A DNA stretch of 64,000 bases, taken from positions 62,001-126,000 of IMG/VR virus record IMGVR_UViG_3300028920_000022; one strand, written 5' to 3'. Below the pieces are notes generated by a model that was not told where the DNA came from, searched no databases, and saw nothing but the letters and a program-made list of their open reading frames with translations. The position numbers and the translations under genes are program-made. Positions 9,437 through 19,391 of the stretch are shown here, piece by piece. Numbering within the stretch: position 1 is the stretch's first letter; each line of letters opens with the position of its first letter.

Positions 9437-9863
9437 GTTGGCACCAAGTGGATCTAATATTAAGAAAGGTGCTCAACCCTACGTATAAGTGTTTCTTTTT
9501 AGTAAGAATTCCTTTACAACAGTTGGCTGGTTTAGACACAGACGCAGTAAAAAACTTAATAGAACGTGAATGTAAAGGATATGAGGAGCTTTTACATTAT
9601 TCATGTGAAAACAACGAATTAGTTATGAGGTTTGCGAAATATGAATAAATTAAACCTCGAAGAATTTCTATACGTTATGCGCATTGGAATTCCACTATCA
9701 ATAATGATTGGAATAGTCACATGGGTTGTTCTCTCACTTGTTGTTTGGGATTCTGCTACGCCTGTTGTGTCAGTATTTACTGAAATAAAGGTAAAGTCGG
9801 CACTACTAGAAATTCAACTTGATGGGCGACAAAAAGAAATAATGTCTGAGCTTACGGGGAAAC

Positions 9864-10286
9864 ATGAGTAAAATTATTTCTGTAGACGGCGGTGTAATCG
9901 AAACTTTTGGGTATAGTTTTAGTAAACAAAAGGAATCTATCAGCTCAGTAGGCAGGGTATACATAGGAAAAGGGGCGTATAAAGCGTCACCCAATTCTTG
10001 TAAATATAATAAAGCATACCTAATGAGTGTTGAAATATGTATCGAGGGAAAGCATTATAGCACCTGCTATAACATCATTGGCAAAAATATCAAGGATTTT
10101 CCTAACATTACTGGAAACGCTGGTGTTTTGCGGGCAATTCAGTTTGTTTTGGCTCGTCTCGATGGAGAAGAAATAACAAAGCTTATTGGATATATTTTCC
10201 AAGTTGGGTTTCGAGCAGGACAGCAGGATTTGCAAAAGAATCTTCGTACATTACTTGACATTGACCGAAGTATAGCCGAGTGGTAG
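9864..10286 (+). CDS. hypothetical protein
   Basis: ORF. Confidence 0.6.
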   Translation: MSKIISVDGGVIETFGYSFSKQKESISSVGRVYIGKGAYKASPNSCKYNKAYLMSVEICIEGKHYSTCYNIIGKNIKDFPNITGNAGVLRAIQFVLARLDGEEITKLIGYIFQVGFRAGQQDLQKNLRTLLDIDRSIAEW

Positions 10287-10357
10287 TATGTTGCATGTTA
10301 AGCGCACGAGAAATTGAACGAGCCTATTTAGAGCATCTTAAAGCTTAAAACGGGATA

Positions 10358-10807
10358 ATGATTCACACTTACGGAGAATTCGGCGTTGATCATGTACTGG
10401 ACATGGTTCGGGCAGCGTGGGGAAAAAGGAAATCAATTTACCTTGAGTGTGGAGGTTCATTATTCGTAGTTAGGGCATCTTCTCAGCGATACCGGTTATT
10501 CATGGAAAACCGAAAATGTGTTTGTTGCGGAGTAGAGGGAACAAAGTTTCTTTTACAATCGGACAAACGAAGGTGGATTTATTACGATGAGCAGAAGAGA
10601 ATAACTTATCCAATACCGGTATGGCGGGCTCATTTCAATCTTTTTGGTGAGCGCAATGGTGGCAAAGTGATGTTAACCAAAGATCATATTAAGCCGGTTT
10701 CTTTGGGTGGACGTTCAATAATGCCAAATTATCAAACCTTATGTGCCCTATGTAACCGAAGAAAAGGGGCAATGGAGATTAGATATGGTACGGGTGAAGG
10801 GAATTGA
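10358..10807 (+). CDS. HNH endonuclease
   Basis: CVCC...TKDHIKPVSLGG...NYQTLCALCNRRKG. Confidence 0.85.
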   Translation: MIHTYGEFGVDHVLDMVRAAWGKRKSIYLECGGSLFVVRASSQRYRLFMENRKCVCCGVEGTKFLLQSDKRRWIYYDEQKRITYPIPVWRAHFNLFGERNGGKVMLTKDHIKPVSLGGRSIMPNYQTLCALCNRRKGAMEIRYGTGEGN

Positions 10808-11116
10808 GAGCGGAGTAGCAGTTCAGATTGAGGAGCGCGGGAAGGTTGTTTGGGAGCATTATTTCCGAGACAATGGTACTGCGGCGGGGATAGCTCAGGC
10901 ATATCGTTTAGCTAACACGCTGGCTACACAACTTCGGCAGGATGAGAGAAAGATTAATTAATGCTTACTCCTGAACAAAAACAATTGGCAGCTCAGTGGT
11001 TGGTGGAAAAACTACGTGAAAGAAGCGATACGGCTGCGCAAAAGAAATTGTTGACGAACGACCGGAGCCAAAATAAGAACTTGACTTAGTTTCTTATTGA
11101 GTATATAGTTGCTGTC

Positions 11117-11440
11117 ATGGAAAACAAGGAACCAGCAGAATACAAGCGTTTGACCGACAAGCATCCCACCATGCAAAAGCTGCAAAAGTTGTGGGAACTG
11201 GCAGACGAACTGGGTATTCACATCGATTTTTACGGTCACAGAACCGTTGTGACTGACGATCAGTATCCTGATCGGATTTACGACATGATCGATCTTGATT
11301 CACCCGATGCTGCTATTTCAGAATTTCCTTATGCTTTTGAGGTTGCCCTGCGGTTTGAGAACAGGTTTAGCCCAACTGCATTTTGTCAAGGATTCAGATA
11401 TTGCTGCTGTAAGTACATATGTGGAGTCGTATCATATTGA
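11117..11440 (+). CDS. hypothetical protein, leaderless
   Basis: ATG 7 nt after TATAGT of promoter 11081-11109. Confidence 0.7.
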   Translation: MENKEPAEYKRLTDKHPTMQKLQKLWELADELGIHIDFYGHRTVVTDDQYPDRIYDMIDLDSPDAAISEFPYAFEVALRFENRFSPTAFCQGFRYCCCKYICGVVSY

Positions 11441-11494
11441 TACTGAAATTGGGTTGAGGTTGTTTGCGGATACAAATAAATTTTTGGTTTAACC

Positions 11495-11764
11495 ATGTTA
11501 TATACAATAGTTTTAATTTTGGTAGGAGCGCTCATATTCGTGGGAGTAAGCGCTGCGATTCTGGCTTATCTAAATAAATGCAGCCACGATTTTGAGTTGG
11601 TTGAACGAATCTACAGCGAGCCCAAACTGATCATATATGGCAGTCAAACAGGTGACGATCGGGACCGAGCGAGATACGGTTACACCACTTTGGTATTCAA
11701 ATGTTGTAAATGTCACAAGCTACGCAAAATTGGGGCGCTTGGTAAGTCATGCCACGCAAAGTAA
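11495..11764 (+). CDS. membrane-anchored hypothetical protein
   Basis: N-terminal TM, CxH..CCKC. Confidence 0.6.
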   Translation: MLYTIVLILVGALIFVGVSAAILAYLNKCSHDFELVERIYSEPKLIIYGSQTGDDRDRARYGYTTLVFKCCKCHKLRKIGALGKSCHAK

Positions 11765-12213
11765 AGGGTTATTTTTATCACATTAGTCAGCATCTTCCTC
11801 CTGAAGATTGTGTATTATCTCCTCGTTCGTGGGGAGAGAACAGGGATGAAGGAGAGCCTAAAATCGCTCGGGTATGTGTATGTCCAACCATATCTGGGTG
11901 CATTACTGCTATTGCTCACAATTTATTTGCACGAGACGTGAGGGTTTTTCGTACCAAGAGACAAGTAACTGCGGTAATTCCTTTTGGTAAAAATACGTGG
12001 GAAGAAATAAATACAGCAGTAGCGGATTCATTTATTACAAAAGAAAGATGGCTATTGCGTCCAATACATTTCAAGTTCGTTGGGTATTTTGATGCTAATC
12101 AATTTAGACATTTGTTTAACTACGTTCCGGGTGATCCAAGCAGCTTTTACGACCAGGAAATATGCATGAAAGAAATGCTGAAACTTGAAAAGAGCAGCAA
12201 TTTGCTGGGGTAA
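11749..12213 (+). CDS. hypothetical phage protein
   Basis: FYHIS..L.PR...E...RVCVCPTI.GC pattern seen in phage hypotheticals. Confidence 0.65.
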   Translation: MPRKVKGYFYHISQHLPPEDCVLSPRSWGENRDEGEPKIARVCVCPTISGCITAIAHNLFARDVRVFRTKRQVTAVIPFGKNTWEEINTAVADSFITKERWLLRPIHFKFVGYFDANQFRHLFNYVPGDPSSFYDQEICMKEMLKLEKSSNLLG

Positions 12214-12440
12214 CAAGATGAAAAATAAAACACGGGGCTCAGAAGTTAATATTCAGCTTAGGGCAAATCGGAAACCAGCTTCGATGTGCAACTGTTTAAT
12301 GTCCAGCCAGGATGCTAAGAGTTACGATCAATGTTGTGGTATTCATGGGGCTATGAGAGAACGTCGCGGCGCCAAGAAAGCTACCTCCGCAGCCCGCCGT
12401 AGAAACGATAAGATTGTAATTAGACAGTCTCTTGAGGAGT

Positions 12441-12665
12441 ATGAAATTATCTGAGATTATAGGCTGGGTTGGAATGGTACTCGTGTTGACCATGTACGGG
12501 TTAGCAGCGAACGGGATCCTGTTAGCCACCAGTTTTGTGTTTAATATTTTTAATATGTTTGGAGCCGTTTTTCTTGGTATATCTGCTTTTGCCACTAAGA
12601 ACTGGTCTATAGTTGCTTTAAATATAGTTTGGTGTGTATTAGCAATTACATCATTTTTAAAGTAG
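12441..12665 (+). CDS. small multi-TM membrane protein (CBU_0592-like)
   Basis: IIGW.G..LVL..Y; N..GA; W..VALN.VW. Confidence 0.55.
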   Translation: MKLSEIIGWVGMVLVLTMYGLAANGILLATSFVFNIFNMFGAVFLGISAFATKNWSIVALNIVWCVLAITSFLK

Positions 12666-12702
12666 TTGACGACACTTTAGTGTTTCTGTTATAAAGGTTC
12701 CC

Positions 12703-13011
12703 ATGAAGAACAAGAAAGAAAAAGTGGTACGAGCGGACTATCACGACAATGGTGACAAAGACAATTCGCTTGCCGGTTGGGCGGAAGTCATTCGTCAGCA
12801 AAGCGAGGAAATGCGCAAACAAGAACAGCAGCGCAAAGCAAAGCTGAACGAAAAACTTGCTGTCATTGAGGGTAAGGGGTTGGAGTTCGGAGATCGTGTT
12901 TTGGCTATTTTTGATCTTTATCGCGAGCGCTACATGATGTCTGGAGAGTTTTGTGAAAAGGTATTTAAGTGGGCTGCAGAGCAGCGTGGTATTGGAGAAG
13001 AGGATTATTGA
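12703..13011 (+). CDS. hypothetical protein, leaderless
   Basis: promoter 12666-12695. Confidence 0.7.
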   Translation: MKNKKEKVVRADYHDNGDKDNSLAGWAEVIRQQSEEMRKQEQQRKAKLNEKLAVIEGKGLEFGDRVLAIFDLYRERYMMSGEFCEKVFKWAAEQRGIGEEDY

Positions 13012-13768
13012 TCATGTTTAAACTGTTTTTTGCGCTGTTGGCTGGCATTGGCGCGGCAAGTATTGCTTGTATTTTTACCGGGAGCAGCCTGATTATTGGT
13101 TTGGTTGGCGGTTTGGTGATTATGGCGGTTCTTTTCAAAATGAAGTAGGAATGACCAATTACGACTACAACCTGCAGGAATCTTTTCTTAACCATGTAGC
13201 TGGTGATAAGGTATCTGCCGAACAGCTCCAACGTTTGGTGAAGCTAGGTTATCTTAACGAATCCCTCAAGCTTACCGACGAAGGCGAGGCTGAGGTTGCA
13301 TTGTTGAGGAATGGGTATTGCACAGTAATGATGGGTGTTTTTGGTCCACATACAGTTTGTAGAAAGCTATGAAACCACGAATTTGTAGAAAATGTTGTTA
13401 TAGCATTTGTTTACCAGACGAAGGCTGGTGCTGTGTTGTAAAAGGACTAGATATATCACCTGTGCCCGAAAAGGTGATACAAAACAATAAATGTTATGAT
13501 AAAATGAGCGAAATTGCTTGGAACAAAAAGTATGGCAAAATAGATCAGTTAGCCAAGGATTAACCAATGTACGCCATCAAAGATCGTACCCCGGCTGGCA
13601 CTTTCGATTTTGCCATATTTGAGACCAAGCGGCTGGCTCTTAGGGTTTTTAGAGAGCTACGGTTGGTGATAGATTTTTTGGAACAGGAATATATCATTCC
13701 GCCATTAGGTTTCAAAATGAGGAATTGGGAAAGCGCGTAGCGGCGGCAACTTTGGAAGGTTTTGGGCT

Positions 13769-14050
13769 ATGATTCCCGAATTGCATAATTGGTTTACAAA
13801 ACGCAGCGTATGGAAAGCGCCGGAGGATAACCCAATCCGAGTGGCAGGAGAAGTTTGGAATCATCCTGGTTTTCCCAACGGGCATAAGATTCAAACTTCC
13901 TCGCCAACCAGTTTCGATCCGCAGTCAAGGCTTTTGACTACAATTAGCGGATCGGTATATAGGTTGGAAAAACCAGATCCCGAATGGATCAAGTGGATGA
14001 GAGAACAAGGAATAGAATTCGATCCTGAAAATCCGATCAGGTTTACTTGA
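13769..14050 (+). CDS. hypothetical phage protein
   Basis: G.V..HP.F.NG..I.TS...T.SGSVY.L pattern. Confidence 0.7.
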   Translation: MIPELHNWFTKRSVWKAPEDNPIRVAGEVWNHPGFPNGHKIQTSSPTSFDPQSRLLTTISGSVYRLEKPDPEWIKWMREQGIEFDPENPIRFT

Positions 14051-14081
14051 CAGCCGCCTGCTTTTATGAGATAAAGGGTGT

Positions 14082-14669
14082 ATGAGTTGTTACATTAATG
14101 CACCAGCAACCAAACTACTAGCCACTCATTGCGCCTGTTGTGGGCGCCTATTGGTGGATTCTAAAAGTGTAGAGTGTGGAGTGGGACCGGAGTGTCGAAA
14201 AAAGCATGGTTATGGTGAAGCCCAGCATCTTCCCAATTGGGAAAAATTGCTAACGGTTCTGCTAATGCCATCGCCACCAGAGAGTCTAACCGAAGCTATT
14301 GCGATTCAAGACGCTCATCGCGCTGCTAATGTTTTGGTTTACCACATTGCTGCCCAACAATCGGGAGAATATGTTGAGCAATACGTGGAGGCGTTGGCGG
14401 CATTGGGTTATGTTAAACTAGCTCGACGAATGGTACAAAGACTAAATGGAATAATTGTTGATCAAGATGGGGCAACATTAGTGGTGCGTGGTCCCTATAA
14501 TCCTCAATTGGGAATTCGTTGGATTCCGGGGGCAGCATATAGCCGAAAAAGAGGTATTCGGTTTACTGCTCCAGCAGAATATAATAAATTGGTCTGGGAG
14601 GCGCTAAAGAATGCTTATAGAACAGGAACGTTGGTTGCTGGTTCTAAAGGGGTGAGAAAACTGGCTTGA
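14082..14669 (+). CDS. DUF6011-like zinc-finger protein, leaderless
   Basis: CACCGR.L.D..S...G.GPEC; promoter 14047-14075. Confidence 0.7.
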   Translation: MSCYINAPATKLLATHCACCGRLLVDSKSVECGVGPECRKKHGYGEAQHLPNWEKLLTVLLMPSPPESLTEAIAIQDAHRAANVLVYHIAAQQSGEYVEQYVEALAALGYVKLARRMVQRLNGIIVDQDGATLVVRGPYNPQLGIRWIPGAAYSRKRGIRFTAPAEYNKLVWEALKNAYRTGTLVAGSKGVRKLA

Positions 14670-14701
14670 CATTACAACGCGCATTATGGTATAAAGGGTT
14701 T

Positions 14702-14959
14702 ATGATTAAGCTGGAAAAAGAAATTCTCAAGGAAGCTCAGCATTGGGTTCCGAGAGCCAAGGTGCAGCAGATCCGATCTGCGCTTTTGAAGCTGACTCAT
14801 GGAGGGAAGCGGGCGAGGATTTTGGCGGTAGCCGAGGCTGCCGATTGTTCGCAGGCAATGATTGAGTTTTGCTATCAGGCGAATCTTCTCAAAGGATATA
14901 CACACCAATACGGTCGGCATGGCGGATTCACTAGAAAGCTGCATTTGGTTCTGGTATAG
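14702..14959 (+). CDS. putative winged-helix protein (start corrected, leaderless)
   Basis: YGRHGGF wing-like motif; promoter 14666-14695. Confidence 0.55.
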   Translation: MIKLEKEILKEAQHWVPRAKVQQIRSALLKLTHGGKRARILAVAEAADCSQAMIEFCYQANLLKGYTHQYGRHGGFTRKLHLVLV

Positions 14960-14972
14960 CAAAGGTAGAAAT

Positions 14973-15158
14973 ATGGATAACTGTGAGTGGTGTAACAAGC
15001 AAATTAGTAGTAATCCTTTTATCGGAGCTGACGGTGGCAAATATTGTTCCGAATATTGTCTAGCTGAGGCGGATGATGATTTGCCCGTCCGTCGGACTAA
15101 GGTTCGTCGGGTTCGTAAATCTGAGTTTTTTCAGGAGAAAAATGATGCGTCGCGTTAA
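14973..15158 (+). CDS. small zinc-finger protein
   Basis: CEWC...YCSEYC. Confidence 0.6.
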   Translation: MDNCEWCNKQISSNPFIGADGGKYCSEYCLAEADDDLPVRRTKVRRVRKSEFFQEKNDASR

Positions 15159-15247
15159 TTGTCCACATTGTGGCAGGTCTGATTGTGCGGTATATGCAGA
15201 AGACGGTTTGATTACTGCGATTTGCAGTGAGACTGGAAAGGTACGCA

Positions 15248-15502
15248 ATGATGCCAGCAGGGTATCTGATCCGGAGAATCCGAAGCGGCTGGTACGAAAT
15301 TAGCAAGTGGGGTGATTCCACGGAGCCTGAGGCTGTATATCTTTTACGAGAGACGCGAAAGGGTTGGAAGTGTTCCAGCCCGGGGTGTGGTCGAAAACTC
15401 AATTGTAAGCACTCCCAGATATTACAGAAATGGCTTTTGAAAAAGATCATGAATAATGTTATGCCGGAGAAGATGTTAAAAGAAAGCGGGGAAGAATTTT
15501 AA
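15248..15502 (+). CDS. SWIM-like zinc-finger protein
   Basis: WKCSSPGC...CKH. Confidence 0.5.
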   Translation: MMPAGYLIRRIRSGWYEISKWGDSTEPEAVYLLRETRKGWKCSSPGCGRKLNCKHSQILQKWLLKKIMNNVMPEKMLKESGEEF

Positions 15503-15848
15503 TGATTAAATGGTTCATTTTTTTCGTGCTGCGGTGCATTTGGTTTGCCTATTTGGTGCTGGAGTGTTATCGTGGCGACTGGGAATGGGCTCTATTCCTA
15601 TTCGTAGCAAGCATTGTGGTGTTGAAACTGTTCGGGTTTCCCAAGGATTAAAACGAGGATGACGATGAATACTGAACAAAAGCTAGAGATTGCGGTAAAA
15701 GCCTTGAAAAGAATTTGTTATCCTATCGAGGCTGACCAATTTTGTGACGAAGAATGGAAGCTTTGGCACAAGCAATATGAGGATGGTAGCCTAGAAGGTG
15801 AGGACGTCATTGCCTACCGGGCGCTTAAGGAACTTGGAGAATTTTAAC

Positions 15849-16145
15849 ATGGACGATCAAATTGGAAAGAAACACGTTTTCTCTTTTAACCCCAATGATA
15901 ATAATGGGGAGCAACTTATTCTAGTTACGAAATTTACTGATAATGGGGATGGTTATCCTGATGGCATTTATGTGACGCAGGAGTTGCGCTTTTTCAGCCA
16001 TTGCAACGCAGCAACTTTCTATCTGACAGGAGTCACTTTGAATCCTGAAAACTTGCGAGAGTTGGCTAACCAGTTGGAATCAGAAGAGATCAAGGCGGCG
16101 CTCGCGTACTCAGGCGAAGAAAGCTTGACACCCCAGAACAAGTAA
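15849..16145 (+). CDS. hypothetical protein
   Basis: GGAG SD; ORF. Confidence 0.65.
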   Translation: MDDQIGKKHVFSFNPNDNNGEQLILVTKFTDNGDGYPDGIYVTQELRFFSHCNAATFYLTGVTLNPENLRELANQLESEEIKAALAYSGEESLTPQNK

Positions 16146-16157
16146 GGTATAAGGGAC

Positions 16158-16270
16158 TTACAATAACAGAGCAGAGCCCGCCGGACGGTGCCAACGACAC
16201 GCAGCGGGTTTCCAGAAAACAAACTGGTGGCACAGTTGTTTGAAGGAAGGTTCGCCATGCTGCTCTTTGA
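16158..16270 (+). ncRNA. candidate structured ncRNA (own promoter 16125-16153)
   Basis: closing stem AGAGCAG/CTGCTCT, hairpins and pseudoknot GTGCCA/TGGCAC; no ORF. Confidence 0.5.
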
Positions 16271-16321
16271 TAAATATAACAGATAAGATAACAAGATAAA
16301 ACTTAAAATAACACTTAAATA

Positions 16322-16350
16322 AGAGCGCCATCTGCTGGGCAGGTGGCGCT
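16322..16350 (+). terminator. strong hairpin GAGCGCCATCTGC-TGG-GCAGGTGGCGCTC
   Basis: 13-bp stem between two promoter units. Confidence 0.65.
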
Positions 16351-16408
16351 CGTCTATTGTGGCGAAGAAAAAACTTGACATACCGGAATGGTTTCGGTTA
16401 TACTGTAG

Positions 16409-16662
16409 GAAAGAAACTAAGATTGATTAAGAGTTGGTGATTCCTGTTAGTTGAGTGTCAAGATTCACGCCCCTTTTAGGAATCTGCCAATAGGACAGAT
16501 TGGATTGGAGTTAATTCTCGCGATTCCATGTGGTGCGACGGTAGCCACGGCAGAAATGTCAAGCTGTCCACTTTTCCTTGACGTAGGCACGGCGGAAGTG
16601 ATAGTGTAGACAGACCATGGGAAAAGCCTCTTTGAGGCGTGCGGACGTGAAGAACATGGGTT
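16409..16662 (+). ncRNA. candidate ~250-nt structured ncRNA (promoter 16375-16404)
   Basis: multiple stems, no ORF longer than 17 codons noticed, bounded by promoter and terminator. Confidence 0.55.
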
Positions 16663-16693
16663 GAAACGCCGGGATTTTCCCGGCGTTTCTTTT
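16663..16693 (+). terminator. rho-independent terminator
   Basis: GAAACGCCGGGA-TTT-TCCCGGCGTTTC followed by TTTT. Confidence 0.85.
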
Positions 16694-16731
16694 ATGTTGA
16701 CTATCCAGTTTATTCGGTGTATAAGAAGAAC

Positions 16732-17271
16732 ATGGAATTGAAATTATCGGTTACAGCACCATCACCAAAGGTGGCAAAATCTGGAACTAGGGTAAAAACG
16801 AAGAAATCCAACTTCGATTTGTTCAAGTTTATGACCACCAAACGCCCTTGGCTGTATGTCAAACGGTTGGATGTTTTGGGTACTGGCTCTAGTCGTATCG
16901 TTTATATCGTTAATAACAAGTTGGTTATTAAGATGGCGTATGCTGGTTACGAATGTAGGGGAAACATTCTACCTATTGGTGCTGGCAAAACGCAAAATAA
17001 AGTCGAAGCCATGGTTTCTGCGGACCCTATGAGCAATGGTTTGGTTGCCAAGGTGTACGCGGCGGCGCCCGACTACCGCTGGATAATTGTAGAAAATTGT
17101 GATGAAGGCAGTGATCAGGATGATGATGATTTCGATTGGAAAGCCTTTGAAAAACTGAGCCAAAAGTATGATTTAAGGGACGATGATGATGTTCTTGGTA
17201 TAAACTCTGATAAGAAGCTAGTAATGCTTGACTATGGGCTCGATGGTGATGTATATAATGACTACTACTAG
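16732..17271 (+). CDS. minimal protein-kinase-fold protein, leaderless
   Basis: LGTGSSRIVY, VIK, helix-C E, LDYG (DFG-like); promoter 16697-16725. Confidence 0.65.
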   Translation: MELKLSVTAPSPKVAKSGTRVKTKKSNFDLFKFMTTKRPWLYVKRLDVLGTGSSRIVYIVNNKLVIKMAYAGYECRGNILPIGAGKTQNKVEAMVSADPMSNGLVAKVYAAAPDYRWIIVENCDEGSDQDDDDFDWKAFEKLSQKYDLRDDDDVLGINSDKKLVMLDYGLDGDVYNDYY

Positions 17272-17280
17272 GAGGTAGAC

Positions 17281-17457
17281 ATGCAAGGTAAGCTTAGGCA
17301 GTGGCGGGAAATGAAGCGAGAAGAAGCCAAGGAGCGTCAAAACGCCTGGGCAGTCCAGACTCCACAGCAACAGATCAAAGAGTTGGATCGGCGGCTTGGT
17401 AAGGGGTTGGGAGCCAAGAAGCAACGGGCAAAGATTGCTCGGCAAATGGAGGATTAG
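17281..17457 (+). CDS. small basic protein (58 aa, absent from ORF track)
   Basis: AGGAGG SD; MQGKLRQWREMKREEAKERQ... Confidence 0.65.
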   Translation: MQGKLRQWREMKREEAKERQNAWAVQTPQQQIKELDRRLGKGLGAKKQRAKIARQMED

Positions 17458-17715
17458 ATGGTATTCCCGGACGAACCGACCTGCCGTGAGTGTGGCGAAC
17501 AACTGTACCCACAAAATGATTACTGTATGAGCTGCGGTACATCGTTCGAAGAGGCTGCTCGTTTTGCAGCATCAGAAGCGTACCACGACCACCCTAGCAA
17601 TCCGTCTAGTTGTGCAGCGTACGCAGAGCACACCGGACGCAATGAACGCGAGTGCCCGTGCGAGCACGCCTGGTCGAAGTACCTGCCCGGCTGGGACGAG
17701 GACGGGGAGAAGTAA
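17458..17715 (+). CDS. zinc-ribbon protein
   Basis: CRECG...YCMSCG. Confidence 0.6.
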   Translation: MVFPDEPTCRECGEQLYPQNDYCMSCGTSFEEAARFAASEAYHDHPSNPSSCAAYAEHTGRNERECPCEHAWSKYLPGWDEDGEK

Positions 17716-17879
17716 TGGGACTCATTCTTATATGTTTGGCAGTAATAATTGCATATACGTCCGGTGGGCTCATTGGCAAAGGGGATATGGATACCGGTGA
17801 TATTGGTTACTGGGCAACGTCTGGGTTGTGTGCTATACTCGTGGTTGTAGGTTATTTCTGGAATAGGAAGTAGTTAATA

Positions 17880-17963
17880 CCGGGAGTGCTGGAACAGGAA
17901 TACAGAACTGGCTTAAAACCAGTCGGTGGAAACACCATAAGGGTTCGAATCCCTTCTCCCGGA
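17880..17963 (+). tRNA. tRNA-Leu (TAA)
   Basis: CCGGGAG/CTCCCGG; ACTGG-CTTAAAA-CCAGT; long variable arm; AAGGG-TTCGAAT-CCCTT. Confidence 0.93.
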
Positions 17964-17981
17964 CCGAACGAGAAAATTATT

Positions 17982-18533
17982 ATGTCACTTCGCTATCTTA
18001 ACGAATTTTCACAAACCAAATGTGCTGCAGATCTTTTAGCGCTCAAACTCTTTCCCAATGTTAAAGAGATTAGCGAAAGTTTTGGAGCATATAACGCTGT
18101 GCGTCGGCATTTGTGGAAAACATTTCAACCCCACAATGCCGATTGTCATATGGTGGCGGTAGGGGACGGAGTATCTCCGAGAACCGCTGCTACGTTTGCT
18201 TTTAGGACTGCCTGGCAATGTCACAGTGTGGATCCGAAACTGCGTGGAGGAAAATGGTACAATCCAATTCGACGCAATAAACTACAGCGCGTGACCCTCT
18301 GGACCATGCCGGTCGAAAAGATGGTGAGCTGGAAACCTGTAGAACACTTGGTAATCGTAGCAGTACATTCGCATGCAGATTTACGGGAGGCTGTTCGAGC
18401 ATTGCCTGCCAAGCATGTTGGAGTGGTGGCGATTGAGTGTTGTGTTCCGCAAGAACTTGACCGGGCTCCGGACATTCAATATGAGGATTTTGGTATACTT
18501 AGCCCTAAACGCACAGTGAAGGTTTGGAAATGA
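17982..18533 (+). CDS. putative Rossmann/SAM-methyltransferase-like protein (start corrected)
   Basis: VAVGDGVSPRTAA..AF...W...SVDP motif. Confidence 0.45.
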   Translation: MSLRYLNEFSQTKCAADLLALKLFPNVKEISESFGAYNAVRRHLWKTFQPHNADCHMVAVGDGVSPRTAATFAFRTAWQCHSVDPKLRGGKWYNPIRRNKLQRVTLWTMPVEKMVSWKPVEHLVIVAVHSHADLREAVRALPAKHVGVVAIECCVPQELDRAPDIQYEDFGILSPKRTVKVWK

Positions 18534-19391
18534 TTGATTTGGGGCAAGGATTAAGAGATATTTGTGAAGCGGGAGGCGTTGCGCTTATTTGTGAGCTTAA
18601 TGACGCCGGTTCTGTGCTGGTTACTTGGGATCGTAAAAATACTATTACAATTTGGCAGCCAGCGATTCCTTTTGGTCCTTCAGATTGTTGGAAAGAGGAA
18701 AAAAGTGTAAGAATAGATGGACGTTATCCTGGCGGTATGACTTTTAAAGAGGCGGATCATCATGCGCGTGTGGAGTTGAATAGGTATGTCAAGAATATCT
18801 CATTCGTGCCAAATATGTCGAATAACAAAGAGGATATATAATAATGTGTTTATTAGATTCCACGAAGATGTTTTAAACATTGTATATGAGTATGGGTTTG
18901 ATCCTGAAGCCATTGAGAGAATTAAGGCTCTAGGTTATCTTTTTTATAAAAACCAAGCAGGTAACTATAAATTTTTCGATAAACGTATGGCGCGAGTAGT
19001 AATGCAGCAACTTATACGAACAGTCAGCGGAACGTGTTCAACAGAAAGAAAAAACCCACAAAAAGACCTTGAGCACTTTTGTAATCTGGATAATCATCTG
19101 GAGATTAATCCGGAGAACTTGAAACAATGGTTGCTTAGTTATTACGGTGATGAGGGTTTTATTCTTATACCATTACAATATAGAAATAAAATGTTGAGAT
19201 TGTTGGATGTCGAATAACGAATTAGAAACAACCAGAGCCCAACTAGATCGTATGCGCGCACAGCTGCATTCGTACAGGGTGGCTTTGGTTTGGATGGCGA
19301 ATGAAAAACATTGCCGCCATAATAAAGATGGTGGTGTTTGCCTAGCTTGTTATGCTAGAATGCTGTTATTGCCAACTAAGGAAGAATAATT

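Noticed and set aside
17886-17981. N-terminal 32 codons of ORF 17886-18533
   Set aside because: Overlaps tRNA-Leu; the real start is ATG 17982.
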